The position numbers were made by a program, and so were the translations under genes. Below, piece by piece: positions 55,461 through 64,000 of a stretch of DNA of 64,000 nucleotides. The notes under the pieces are model-generated. The model saw only the letters and a list, made by a program, of their open reading frames with translations. It was not told the DNA's origin and did not search any database. The stretch's first letter is position 1. The number at the start of each line of letters is the position of its first letter. The DNA comes from an uncultured delta proteobacterium (GTDB lineage Bacteria; Myxococcota_A; Polyangia; Fen-1088), in the NCBI GenBank assembly GCA_963767925.1, contig CAVYGB010000009.1, positions 96,001-160,000 of the forward strand. Direction: 5' to 3'.

Positions 55461-56567
55461 GTGCGATCGGTGCTCCAGCCGGGGATAAGTCGCCACCAGC
55501 GGGAGCTCGAGGGCGAAGACCGCCGGCAGCGGCTGGTCGCTGACCCAGATGCGCCCGCCGTGGGCCTCGAGGGCCAGCCGGCAGAAGTAGAGGCCCAGGC
55601 CCAGGTTGGTGCGCCCGGCGCTCTCGCCCTTGGCATATTTCTCGAAGATCGTCTCGCGCATCTCCGAGGGGACGGGGGGGCCGTCGTTGCCGATGGTGAT
55701 GGTGGCGACGTCGCCCTGGGCCTCCGCCCGCATGACGATGTTTCCGCCCACCGGCACGTGGCGGAGCGAGTTGTCGACCACGTTTTCGATGACCCGGGTC
55801 AGCAGGTCGACGTCGGCGCTCACCTGCAGCTCGCGATCGACCTGCAGGTCGACGTGGACCGTCCGGTTGCGCATCAGGGGGCCGCGCGCCTCGGCCACGC
55901 TGGCCAGCAGATCGGCCGGGCGGGCCGCCGATCGGTGCAGCACCAGGCGCCGAGACTCCATCCGCACGAGGTCGAGCATGTTCTCGACGATGCGCATGAT
56001 CCGCTCGCTGGCGGTGCGGGCGTCGCCGAGGGCGTCGAGGCTCACTTCGTCCTGCGGCTGGTTGCCCAGGTGGGCCAGGCACATCTGCACCACCGTGATG
56101 GGGTTCTTGAGATCGTGTATCAGGAGCGACGACATCTCCTCCCGGAAGCGGATCAGCTCGAGCAGGTCGAGGTTGCGCGCCCGCAGCCGCAGCTCCCGGT
56201 CGCGCAGGCCGAGCAGGTTGCGCACGCGCGGCACGAGCTGGGCCCGATCGACAGGCTTGGTGAGAAAGTCGTCGGCTCCCACCTCCAGCCCACGCCGGCG
56301 CGACTCGCCGTCGTTGAGCGCGGTCACCAGCACCACCGGCAGGAACAGGTCGCCGCAGTCCTGCTTGAGCCGGCGGGTGGCATCGAAGCCGTCCATGTGG
56401 GGCATCATGACGTCCATCAGCACCAGGTCGGGGGCCGACCGCTGGGCGATCTCCAGCGCCTCGATCCCGTCGCCGGCCTCGAGCACGGAGGTCGCCTCGT
56501 CCTCCAGCATGGCGCGGAGCAGGCGGCGGTTCACGGCCTCATCGTCGACGATCAGGATTCGATGCAT
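55458..56567 (-). CDS. Hybrid receiver-histidine kinase
   Basis: ILIVDDE, MDVMMPHMDG, LIHDLKNP (H box), ENVVDNSLRH, NDGPP, GLGLYFC. Confidence 0.94.
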   Translation of the reverse strand: MHRILIVDDEAVNRRLLRAMLEDEATSVLEAGDGIEALEIAQRSAPDLVLMDVMMPHMDGFDATRRLKQDCGDLFLPVVLVTALNDGESRRRGLEVGADDFLTKPVDRAQLVPRVRNLLGLRDRELRLRARNLDLLELIRFREEMSSLLIHDLKNPITVVQMCLAHLGNQPQDEVSLDALGDARTASERIMRIVENMLDLVRMESRRLVLHRSAARPADLLASVAEARGPLMRNRTVHVDLQVDRELQVSADVDLLTRVIENVVDNSLRHVPVGGNIVMRAEAQGDVATITIGNDGPPVPSEMRETIFEKYAKGESAGRTNLGLGLYFCRLALEAHGGRIWVSDQPLPAVFALELPLVATYPRLEHRSH

Positions 56568-56735
56568 GTTGGGTTCTCCTGGGTAACGACCGATACACTG
56601 TTCATGCCAATAACTCCTGCCGCCACCCCGGACGCGAAGTAAGTAGTGATACTTATTTAAAGGGCCACTTGATCCCGTCGATTAGCGGTTCAGGGGATCG
56701 CAAGACAATGGGGAGGTTCTGACCGGAGTGGCGCC

Positions 56736-58613
56736 ATGCTGGAGCTGGATGCCAGGTCGCCGGGGCTCCAAGAGTTCGCGCTCGGCGTCGGCGCGCGGCT
56801 CGGCCCGTACCGTCTAGGTCCCGAGATCGCCAACGGAGGCATGGCCTCCGTGCATCTCGGGTGCCTGGAGGGGGCGCACGGGTTCGGGCGCGTGGTGGCG
56901 ATCAAGCGGATCCACCCCCACCTCGCGCGCGAGCGCGAGTTCGTCGACATGTTCCTCGACGAGGCCCGCATCGCGGCGCGGGTCTCGCATCCGTTCGTCG
57001 CCTCGGTCACCGACTTCGGCGAGTGGCAGGGGCAGCCCTTCATCACGATGGAGCTGCTGCTGGGCGAGCCCATCTCGCGCGTGCTGGCGTCGGCCTCCCG
57101 GGTCCCCTCGGAGATCGCCGCCCCCCACTACCGCCTGCTGGTCACCCGGCTCATCGCCGACCTGTGTGAAGGCCTGCACGCCGCCCACGAGGTGAAGGAC
57201 GACGCGGGCGTCTCGATGGGGGTGGTCCATCGCGACATCTCCCCCACCAACTTGCTGGTGCTCTATAGCGGCACCCCCAAGATCCTCGACTTCGGCATCG
57301 CCCGCGCGGAGAACCGCCTGCACCAGACCTTGCCCGGATCGTTCAAGGGCAAGCTGGCCTACGCCGCGCCCGAGGTGCTGATGGCCCAGCCCTACGACCG
57401 GCGCTCGGACATCTGGTCGATGGGTGTGGTGCTGTGGGAGATGTTGACCGCCAGCCGGCTGTTCTGGGGCGAGACCGACGTAGAGCGCATCATCGCCGTG
57501 ACCAAGGGGCGCATCCCGCCTCCCTCCGAGCGTCAGCCCACCATCCCCCCGGAGCTGGAGGAGGTGACGATGATGGCGCTCGCGCGCGACCCCGAGCGCC
57601 GTTACCAGACGGCCCGGGCGATGTCGCGCGATCTCGAGCGGTTTCTGGGGCATTGGGGGGACTCCGTGCCGCATGCCGATGTCGCCGACTGGCTGAGCGC
57701 CCTGTTCCCCGGTGCGGCCGACCGGAAGCAGGAGCTGCTGCGCACCGCCTTCTCCGCTCCCTCGGAGCAAGATCGGAACCAGGCCGGCTCGCCGGCGGCC
57801 GCCGAGGCCGCCCTCAAGGCGCAGCAGATCCAGGCGCAGGCCTTCTTCGCCACCATCCCCAGCATCACCAGCGTCTCGCCCGATCCCGCCGACCACAGCG
57901 AACCGGACGGCAAGACCGATCCGGGCCCGCCCCCCGCCGTGTCGGGCGCGGTGGCGGTCCCCAGCGCGCTGGCCACCCTCGAGACCGAGGCGGCCACGCC
58001 GCCGCGCCGCTCGCGCCGCCGCCCCATCGCGGCGGTGGTGCTCGGATTGATCGGGACCGGCGTGCTGGTGCTGGCGGTCCGGGCCGGCCCGTCGACCCAG
58101 GCCGGCCCCACCCCCGTCGTCACGGCGCCTCCCGCCGCGCCGCTGGCCCCTCCGCTGGGCGAGCCCGAGTCCCGCTCGGCGGCCCCCGACCCCCTGCCCA
58201 CGCCCCCGCCCGCCCCGTCGGCGGCGCTGCCTGCCCCGTCGGCGGCGCTGCCCGCCCTGGTGGCGCCGGCCCCCGCGGTCCCCGAGGAGCCGGCCGCGGC
58301 GATCAAGCGGGTGCGGCGGCCCGCCTGGGCGACGCGCGGGTCGCGCGGCGCGCACGCGCCGGACGCGGGCATCGCCGAGCCGGCCGGTCCCCGCAAGGGC
58401 CAGCTCCTCGTGCGCACGCCGGGCAGCCCGGCCGACGTGTTTTACAAGGGGCGTCTCCTGACCCGCACGCCGGCCCTGCTCACGCTGACCGCGGGGCAAC
58501 ACGAGCTGCAGATCCGGGGGACCGAGGACGAGGAGTTTTATCCGCTGAACGTCACGGTCAAGGCCGGCGAGACGGTTGTGTACGACGTCAACCCAGGGAG
58601 GGCGCCGCCCTGA
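56736..58613 (+). CDS. Membrane Ser/Thr protein kinase with C-terminal PEGA-like domain
   Basis: NGGMASV, VAIKRI, VHRDISPTN, LDFGIA, GKLAYAAPE, TM helix, RTPGSPADVFYKG...RTP. Confidence 0.94.
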   Translation: MLELDARSPGLQEFALGVGARLGPYRLGPEIANGGMASVHLGCLEGAHGFGRVVAIKRIHPHLAREREFVDMFLDEARIAARVSHPFVASVTDFGEWQGQPFITMELLLGEPISRVLASASRVPSEIAAPHYRLLVTRLIADLCEGLHAAHEVKDDAGVSMGVVHRDISPTNLLVLYSGTPKILDFGIARAENRLHQTLPGSFKGKLAYAAPEVLMAQPYDRRSDIWSMGVVLWEMLTASRLFWGETDVERIIAVTKGRIPPPSERQPTIPPELEEVTMMALARDPERRYQTARAMSRDLERFLGHWGDSVPHADVADWLSALFPGAADRKQELLRTAFSAPSEQDRNQAGSPAAAEAALKAQQIQAQAFFATIPSITSVSPDPADHSEPDGKTDPGPPPAVSGAVAVPSALATLETEAATPPRRSRRRPIAAVVLGLIGTGVLVLAVRAGPSTQAGPTPVVTAPPAAPLAPPLGEPESRSAAPDPLPTPPPAPSAALPAPSAALPALVAPAPAVPEEPAAAIKRVRRPAWATRGSRGAHAPDAGIAEPAGPRKGQLLVRTPGSPADVFYKGRLLTRTPALLTLTAGQHELQIRGTEDEEFYPLNVTVKAGETVVYDVNPGRAPP

Positions 58614-58663
58614 CACGAAGGGGGGAGCTCCGGGGGCTCTCTCCAGTCCCGGCAGGCTTCCGC

Positions 58664-60136
58664 GTGCTGGGGGCGGTGCTGGGGGTCCTGGCGCTGGCCG
58701 CCTCCGGGCGGGCGCAGGAGCGCGGCTTCGCCCTCAACCGCTACCAGCCGGCCGACGACCCGGCCGGGTTCTTCTCGGTGGCCTCCCCCTCGGTCAACGG
58801 CGACCGCGCGCTGTCGGCGGCGCTGGTGGCCGACTACGCCCACGCGCCGCTCGTGTTGCGCACGGTCGACGGGGGCCTCGAGCGGGGCGAGGTGGTGTCG
58901 GGGCAGCTCTTCCTGCACGCCACGCTGGCCTACGCCCTGTGGAACCGGCTGCTGGTCTCGCTGGCGGTGCCCTTCGCCGCCAGCAACAGCGGCCACGACG
59001 TCATGCCCCCCGACGGGCCGGTCATCCCGGCGCCGCGGGGTGCGGCCTTCGGTGACGTCGCCCTGGGCGGGCGGCTCCGCCTGCTGGGCCGGGGATCGGG
59101 ACCGCTGGCGCTGGGCATGGGGGTGCGGCTCTGGGTGCCGAGCGGGCAGCAAGCCGCCTACACCGGCGACGGCCGGGCGCGCGCCGCCCTGGACCTGGTG
59201 ATCGGCGGCCAGATGCCCTTCGGCCTGATCTGGTCGGCCTCGGCGGCGGGCGTGCTGCGCGGTCGGGCCCAGCTCCTCGGCACGGTCTCCGACGACGAGA
59301 TCCAGTTCGCCGGGGCGGCCGGCTACCGGCTGGCCCGCGACCGCCTGCTGATCGGCCCCGAGGTGGTGGCCAGCGTCATCCCGGGGGCCGCCGGCAGCAT
59401 CGGCCTGGCCCAGGTGCTGGTCAGCGCCCGTTACCAGGCGGGGTCGATGATCGTCGGCCTGTCGGCGGGGCCCGGGCTGGGCCGGGCCACCGGCACGCCC
59501 TCGGTGCGGCTGCTGGCCAGCGTCGGCTTCGCCCCCGCGGCGCCGGGACGGAGCAACGCCGAGCCCACCTCGGCCTTGACCTTCGCCCGCCCCGTCGCCC
59601 CCGACGGCGCCCCCGGGGCCCCCTCGGCGGCCGACCGCGACGGCGACGGCATCTCCGACCAGCTCGACCGGTGCCCGCGCGAGCGGGGGCCGAGCACCCA
59701 CGACCCCAAGAGCAACGGCTGCCCCAGCCTGGTGCGGGTGACCGAATACGAGATCGTGACCTTGAAGAAGGTCCATTTCGTCAGCGGGATGGCCCGCTTG
59801 CACCCCGACGCCTCCGAGTTGCTGTCGCAGGTGGCCCAGGTGCTGATCGAGCACCCCGAGATCCGGCGAGTCCTCATCGAGGGGCACACCGATGGCCGGG
59901 GTGGCGACAAGCGCAACCTCGCCCTGTCCACGGCCCGCGCCCGCACGGTGCGGCTGTGGCTGATCAAGAAAGGGATCGCGCCGGAACGCCTGGAGGCCCA
60001 GGGTTACGGGGCCAGCCGCCGCCTGGAAGCCGACGACACGATCCAGGGACGCGAGCGAAACCGGCGGGTCGAGTTTCGCATTCTCGACCCGGCACCGGTG
60101 GACGTCTCGGCCAGCGAAATCGGAAGCGGCCCATGA
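58664..60136 (+). CDS. OmpA-family outer-membrane protein (beta-barrel + thrombospondin type-3 repeat + OmpA), TraB-like
   Basis: GFALNRYQP, DYAHAPLV, FGDVALGGRLRL, DRDGDGISDQLDRCP...NGCP, IEGHTD, NLALSTARA, NRRVEF. Confidence 0.9.
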   Translation: MLGAVLGVLALAASGRAQERGFALNRYQPADDPAGFFSVASPSVNGDRALSAALVADYAHAPLVLRTVDGGLERGEVVSGQLFLHATLAYALWNRLLVSLAVPFAASNSGHDVMPPDGPVIPAPRGAAFGDVALGGRLRLLGRGSGPLALGMGVRLWVPSGQQAAYTGDGRARAALDLVIGGQMPFGLIWSASAAGVLRGRAQLLGTVSDDEIQFAGAAGYRLARDRLLIGPEVVASVIPGAAGSIGLAQVLVSARYQAGSMIVGLSAGPGLGRATGTPSVRLLASVGFAPAAPGRSNAEPTSALTFARPVAPDGAPGAPSAADRDGDGISDQLDRCPRERGPSTHDPKSNGCPSLVRVTEYEIVTLKKVHFVSGMARLHPDASELLSQVAQVLIEHPEIRRVLIEGHTDGRGGDKRNLALSTARARTVRLWLIKKGIAPERLEAQGYGASRRLEADDTIQGRERNRRVEFRILDPAPVDVSASEIGSGP

Positions 60137-60143
60137 GCGGAAA

Positions 60144-61586
60144 ATGACTGCGAAAACGCGGGCGAAAGCGCGCGCGGAGACCAGCCGGCTGCGGCTGATC
60201 CTCGCCTGCGGGGCGATGGTGGTATTTGCGCCGGTGCGGGCGCAGGCTGCGCCGGCCAGCCGGTTCGACCGCACCCTGGAGGGCGATGTCCTCATCATCG
60301 GCAGCGCGCAGGGGTACGACTGCGGGGCCGGTGTGGCCGCACCGGCGGGCACCACCGTCGCCTGCCCGGGACTGGGCGATGGGGACAGCGCGCTCGACGC
60401 CTACTGGGTCGACAACGCCGCCGGCGGGAATGCGGCCACGGCGGCGCGCACCTCCGCCCACCTGGCCCTGCCGGCGGGCGCCACCGTCGTGCGGGCCCAG
60501 CTCTACTGGGGCGGGCTGGTGGCGGGGACCCAGGGCGACGCCACCGTGCGGATCGATCGGGCCGAGGGGCTGTCGGCCGACGTCGGCAACGCCGAGGTCC
60601 AGGAGGTCACCTTCCCGAGCGGGCTCGGCAGCGCCACCGCCTACCAGGCCACCGCCGACGTCACCGCCCTGGTGCAGGCGCTGGGGGCGGGGGCCTACCG
60701 GGTCACCGACATCGACGCCCGGGCCAACAACATCCTCGGCCCCGACGACCTCCTGTTCGCCGGCTGGGTCCTCGTGGTGGCCTACCAGCAGACGGGGGCG
60801 CCGGAGCGGCGGATCACGCTCTACGACGGCCTCACCGCCATCGCGCCGGGCAGCGATACCGAGGTCACGCTGCGGGGGCTGGATCTGTCGGGCAGCGGCG
60901 TGCCGGCCGGGGCGCTCGGCGTCTGGGCCTTCGAGGGCGACAGGGGCGAAGACGGCGACCGCGTCACCATCGACGATGCGATGCTGGCGGACACCGCTCT
61001 CAACCCGTCCAACAACCTGTTCAACGGCACCCGCTCGCACCTGGGGGTGGCCCAGGCGGCTCTGGTGCCGCCCCTCAGCGGCAACGTGAACTCGTTGCCC
61101 GGCGTCGACGTCGACCTCCTCGACATCTCGAGCCACCTGCGCGCCGACACGACCGAGATCGAGATCGGCGCCTCGACCCTCGGCGACACCTACTGGCTGG
61201 GCGGCTTCGTGACCTCGGTGGGCCTGGCGCCGCCCCCGCCCGATGGTGGAGCCGACGCGGGCGGGGAGGCCGACGCCGGCGCGCCAGACCTCGGGGATCC
61301 CGACCGCGGCCCGCCCGACGCGGAGGGGCTCGATGGCTCCGAGGACGCCGCCGTCGATGCCCCCCAGGCCGATGCCCGGCCCGACGGCGGGGGCGCCGAC
61401 GCGCCCGAGGACGGCGGCCCCATCGGCAGCCTTCGCACCGTGCTGGGCGGCTCGGGCTGCGCCTGCCGGGTCGGCGAACGCGGGGGCGAGCCGGGCGCGT
61501 CCCTCTGGCTCGGGCTGTGCGCCGTCGCCTTCGCCCTGTCCGCCCGGGCGGCCCGCGCGCGCCGCCGCTCAGGGCGGGGTCTGTGA
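60144..61586 (+). CDS. Secreted surface protein (DUF3344-like beta domain) with MYXO-CTERM-type tail
   Basis: LPAGATVVRAQLYWGG, YQATADVT, AGWVLVVAY, AFEGD, GVDVDLLD; D/G/A-rich stalk; GGSGCAC...hydrophobic...RRR. Confidence 0.82.
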   Translation: MTAKTRAKARAETSRLRLILACGAMVVFAPVRAQAAPASRFDRTLEGDVLIIGSAQGYDCGAGVAAPAGTTVACPGLGDGDSALDAYWVDNAAGGNAATAARTSAHLALPAGATVVRAQLYWGGLVAGTQGDATVRIDRAEGLSADVGNAEVQEVTFPSGLGSATAYQATADVTALVQALGAGAYRVTDIDARANNILGPDDLLFAGWVLVVAYQQTGAPERRITLYDGLTAIAPGSDTEVTLRGLDLSGSGVPAGALGVWAFEGDRGEDGDRVTIDDAMLADTALNPSNNLFNGTRSHLGVAQAALVPPLSGNVNSLPGVDVDLLDISSHLRADTTEIEIGASTLGDTYWLGGFVTSVGLAPPPPDGGADAGGEADAGAPDLGDPDRGPPDAEGLDGSEDAAVDAPQADARPDGGGADAPEDGGPIGSLRTVLGGSGCACRVGERGGEPGASLWLGLCAVAFALSARAARARRRSGRGL

Positions 61587-62918
61587 GCGGCGGTAGCGCT
61601 CCGGATCCAGTCCGTACTCCTTGAGCCAGCGCCAGACCGAGGCGGTGTGTCGGCTGAGCACGGCCGAGACGCGGGCGACGTTGCCCTCGTGGGTGCGCAG
61701 CAACGCCTCCAGCTCGGCCCGGGCCGGCTTGGGCCCCGCGCCCGGCCGCCCCCGGCGGGGCATGCGGTGGGCGAAGGACTCGGGCAGATGCTCGAGCTCG
61801 ATGCAGGAGGAGCCCTGGGCCAGCACGAGCGCGCTCTCCAGCACCTTGGCCAGCTCGCGCACGTTGCGGGGCCAGTCGTGCAGATACAGGCTCTTGAAGG
61901 CGGACTGGGAGAAGGGCTTGCCCTCGGGCCCCATCAGCAGGCGGCACAGGCGGGGCAGGTCCTCGAGGCGGGCGCGCAGGGGCGGCAAGATCACCGCGTC
62001 GGCACCCAGGCGAGCGAAGATGTCGCTGCGCAAGGCGGTGTCGCCCGCGCCGCCCACCGCCCGGTTTGTCGCGGCGATGACCCGCACGTCCACCCGCCGC
62101 GGGGTGGTGCCGCCCAGGGGCAAGAACTCGCGGCTCTGGAGAAAGCGCAGGAGCTTGGTTTGCAGCGGGGTGGGCATCTCCCCGATCTCGTCGAGGAACA
62201 GGGTGCCGCCCTGGGCCTGCTCGATCAGCCCGCGCTTGGGCTTGTGTGCGGTGGAGTGGGCCCCGCGCTCATAGCCGTAGAGCTCGCTCTCGAGCAGCTC
62301 GGCGGGGATGGCGGCGCAGTCGATGGGGACGAAGGGGCCCTTGCGCCCGCTGGCGTCGTGGATGAGGTTGGCGTGCACCTCCTTGCCCACCCCGGTCTCG
62401 CCGCAAAGGAGGATCTCCGCGGGCGAGCGGGCCAGCTTGCGCAGGCGCCCCAGCAGCACCGCCAGCGCGGGCGAGGCGGTGGGGACGCGCCCGAAGGGCT
62501 CCCGGCGGTCCTCCTCGAGGGCGCGCAGCTCGGCGCTGGTGGCGAGCCGGAAGACGAAGCCGTGGTGGCCGGCCAGCACCACCGCCCCGTCGCGCAGCCG
62601 GGTCTGCTCGGCGACCACCCGCCCGTCCACGGTGGTTCCGTTGGTGCTGTTGTGGTCGTGGAGGGTATAGACGCCCTCGTTGCGGGTGATGGCGAAGTGG
62701 TGCGAGGAGATCAGCCGGTCGGTCAGGTGCAGCGAGGCGCCGCCGTCGAGCAGAGCGGCCTCGGGGCCCCGCCCCACCTCGAGCAGGGGGCCCACCGCGA
62801 CCGGGCAGGCCTCGAGGGGCGAGGGCTCGGCGGCGGCGGAGAGCACCTGCAGCACGCCGAACCGCCGAACGTTCTCGGTGCGTCCGAACTGGACCTCGGA
62901 TTCGGTAGCCTCCTCCAC
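61569..62918 (-). CDS. FHA-domain sigma54-type enhancer-binding protein
   Basis: EVGR, ISSHH, STNGT (FHA); GETGVGKE, ESELYGYERGAHSTA, LFLDEIGE, WPRNVREL, Fis-type HTH; start uncertain. Confidence 0.92.
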   Translation of the reverse strand: MEEATESEVQFGRTENVRRFGVLQVLSAAAEPSPLEACPVAVGPLLEVGRGPEAALLDGGASLHLTDRLISSHHFAITRNEGVYTLHDHNSTNGTTVDGRVVAEQTRLRDGAVVLAGHHGFVFRLATSAELRALEEDRREPFGRVPTASPALAVLLGRLRKLARSPAEILLCGETGVGKEVHANLIHDASGRKGPFVPIDCAAIPAELLESELYGYERGAHSTAHKPKRGLIEQAQGGTLFLDEIGEMPTPLQTKLLRFLQSREFLPLGGTTPRRVDVRVIAATNRAVGGAGDTALRSDIFARLGADAVILPPLRARLEDLPRLCRLLMGPEGKPFSQSAFKSLYLHDWPRNVRELAKVLESALVLAQGSSCIELEHLPESFAHRMPRRGRPGAGPKPARAELEALLRTHEGNVARVSAVLSRHTASVWRWLKEYGLDPERYRRSQTPP

Positions 62919-63251
62919 CTGCTGGATCCCCGACGCCGCCTCGATGAAACAGGGTAGCACGCGCCTTCGCGAGAGCAGGGCCCGCCTTGGTTGCGCAACA
63001 AAACTCTCCTTGGGACCAGGCCCCCGTCGCGCCTGACGAATCGGTTGGCGGCGCCGCTGTGAGCGCCGCTCGCACCCGGGAGGAGCCCCCCGGGAGCCGC
63101 CGAGAACCGTCGCGAAACCGCCCGGATCCCGGCGGCGAATTTGCGACGGTGCCCTGGCGTGATCCGGGCCCCCGACACTCGGGAAACGCGCCGACGAGAG
63201 CCCTGCTGATCCGATCTTCCCCTGGCTCGTGGGTTGCTTTGTCAGGTGGCC

Positions 63252-64000
63252 ATGGCGCAAATGATCACCGTCGAAAACGTCCTCGAAGCCTTCGACCTGC
63301 TGATCCAGCTGGGCTCGGGGAGCAAGGGGCAGGTCTGGCTGGCCCGTCACCCCGGGCACCCGTCGGGGCTGGTGGCGGTCAAGCTCCTCACGCCCAGCTT
63401 TCGTTCCGACTTCAGCGCCGGCGGTGAGCGGTGGGAGGTCCTCGGCGACCACCCCAACATCGTGCGCGTGATCGAGGCCAACTGGGGCGGCGCCCACCCC
63501 TTCGTGGCCATGGAATACGTCGACGGTCCCAGCCTCCGCGTCGTGCTCGAGATGAGCCGGTCCCAGTACATTCCCTTGCCGGTCACGATGCACATCATGA
63601 GGGGCGTGCTGCACGCCCTGGCCTTCGCCCACACGCGGGCAAACGCCGAGGCGGTGGTCCACGGCGCCCTCAGCCCCGACAGTGTCCTCATCGACAGCGG
63701 CACCGGCACCGCCAAGCTCGACGACTTCGGGCTGGGGCCCACCGACGGTCCCCCCGACACCGTGCGCGGGCGGGTGATGGATTGCCTGCGCCACCTGGCC
63801 CCCGAGCAGCTCGCCGGCAAGGCGGCCACCGTGGAGACCGACCTCTACGCCGCCGGCATCTTGCTGCACGAGCTGCTGTTCGGGGTGGGGCCCTTCGAGC
63901 ACCTGCCCATGTTGAGCCTGCTGTCGCCGCTGACCCGGGCCCGCAGCTTCACGGTGAGCGACCTGCCCCAGGGAACCCCGGTGGGGCTGCTGGGGGTCCT
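63252..64000 (+). CDS. Ser/Thr kinase-like protein, probable pseudokinase, truncated at window edge
   Basis: Hand translation LGSGSKGQVW, VAVKLL, HPNIVRV, AMEYVDG, VHGALSPDSVL (HRD..N lost), DDFGL, HLAPEQ, TDLYAAG. Confidence 0.85.
   Translation, partial: MAQMITVENVLEAFDLLIQLGSGSKGQVWLARHPGHPSGLVAVKLLTPSFRSDFSAGGERWEVLGDHPNIVRVIEANWGGAHPFVAMEYVDGPSLRVVLEMSRSQYIPLPVTMHIMRGVLHALAFAHTRANAEAVVHGALSPDSVLIDSGTGTAKLDDFGLGPTDGPPDTVRGRVMDCLRHLAPEQLAGKAATVETDLYAAGILLHELLFGVGPFEHLPMLSLLSPLTRARSFTVSDLPQGTPVGLLGV

Noticed and set aside
56590..56610. sigma54 promoter for the hybrid kinase (TGGCAT-GAACA-GTGT)
   Set aside because: The -12 element is GT rather than GC; too weak to call.
1..64000. rRNA, tRNA, prophage or integrase genes
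   Set aside because: No recognisable motifs seen by eye; a tRNAscan/Infernal run would be needed to exclude them formally.

Overview
Very GC-rich bacterial DNA. MYXO-CTERM-type tails, several Ser/Thr kinases, an FHA-sigma54 activator, a PilA-type pilin and a TraB-like OmpA protein point to a Myxococcota genome (inference). Several single-base frameshifts suggest an imperfect long-read or MAG assembly. From left to right: a sigma54/PP2C/response-regulator signalling group; sulfotransferase, rhodanese, M16 protease, GH109 and serine hydrolase genes; a four-helix-bundle gene with flanking hairpins; a putative Fur-boxed haem-uptake operon (two HmuY-like genes, a TonB receptor and a surface metalloprotease); a putative sigma54-driven operon encoding a beta-propeller lipoprotein, an Hsp90/GHKL ATPase with an inserted membrane-flanked transglutaminase domain, and a degenerate GHKL paralogue (best candidate for an undescribed system); a type IV pilin; a coupled rifampicin-phosphotransferase-like and AlkZ-like pair; an orphan degenerate E1-alpha; a ~5 kb island of different tandem arrays and hairpins around a RAYT/IS200-like HUH transposase; a complete form I aerobic CO dehydrogenase cluster next to divergent sufSU; and a kinase-OmpA-MYXO-CTERM group facing an FHA activator and a pseudokinase. 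No rRNA, tRNA or CRISPR array was seen. All calls come from reading motifs by eye; no database searches were run.
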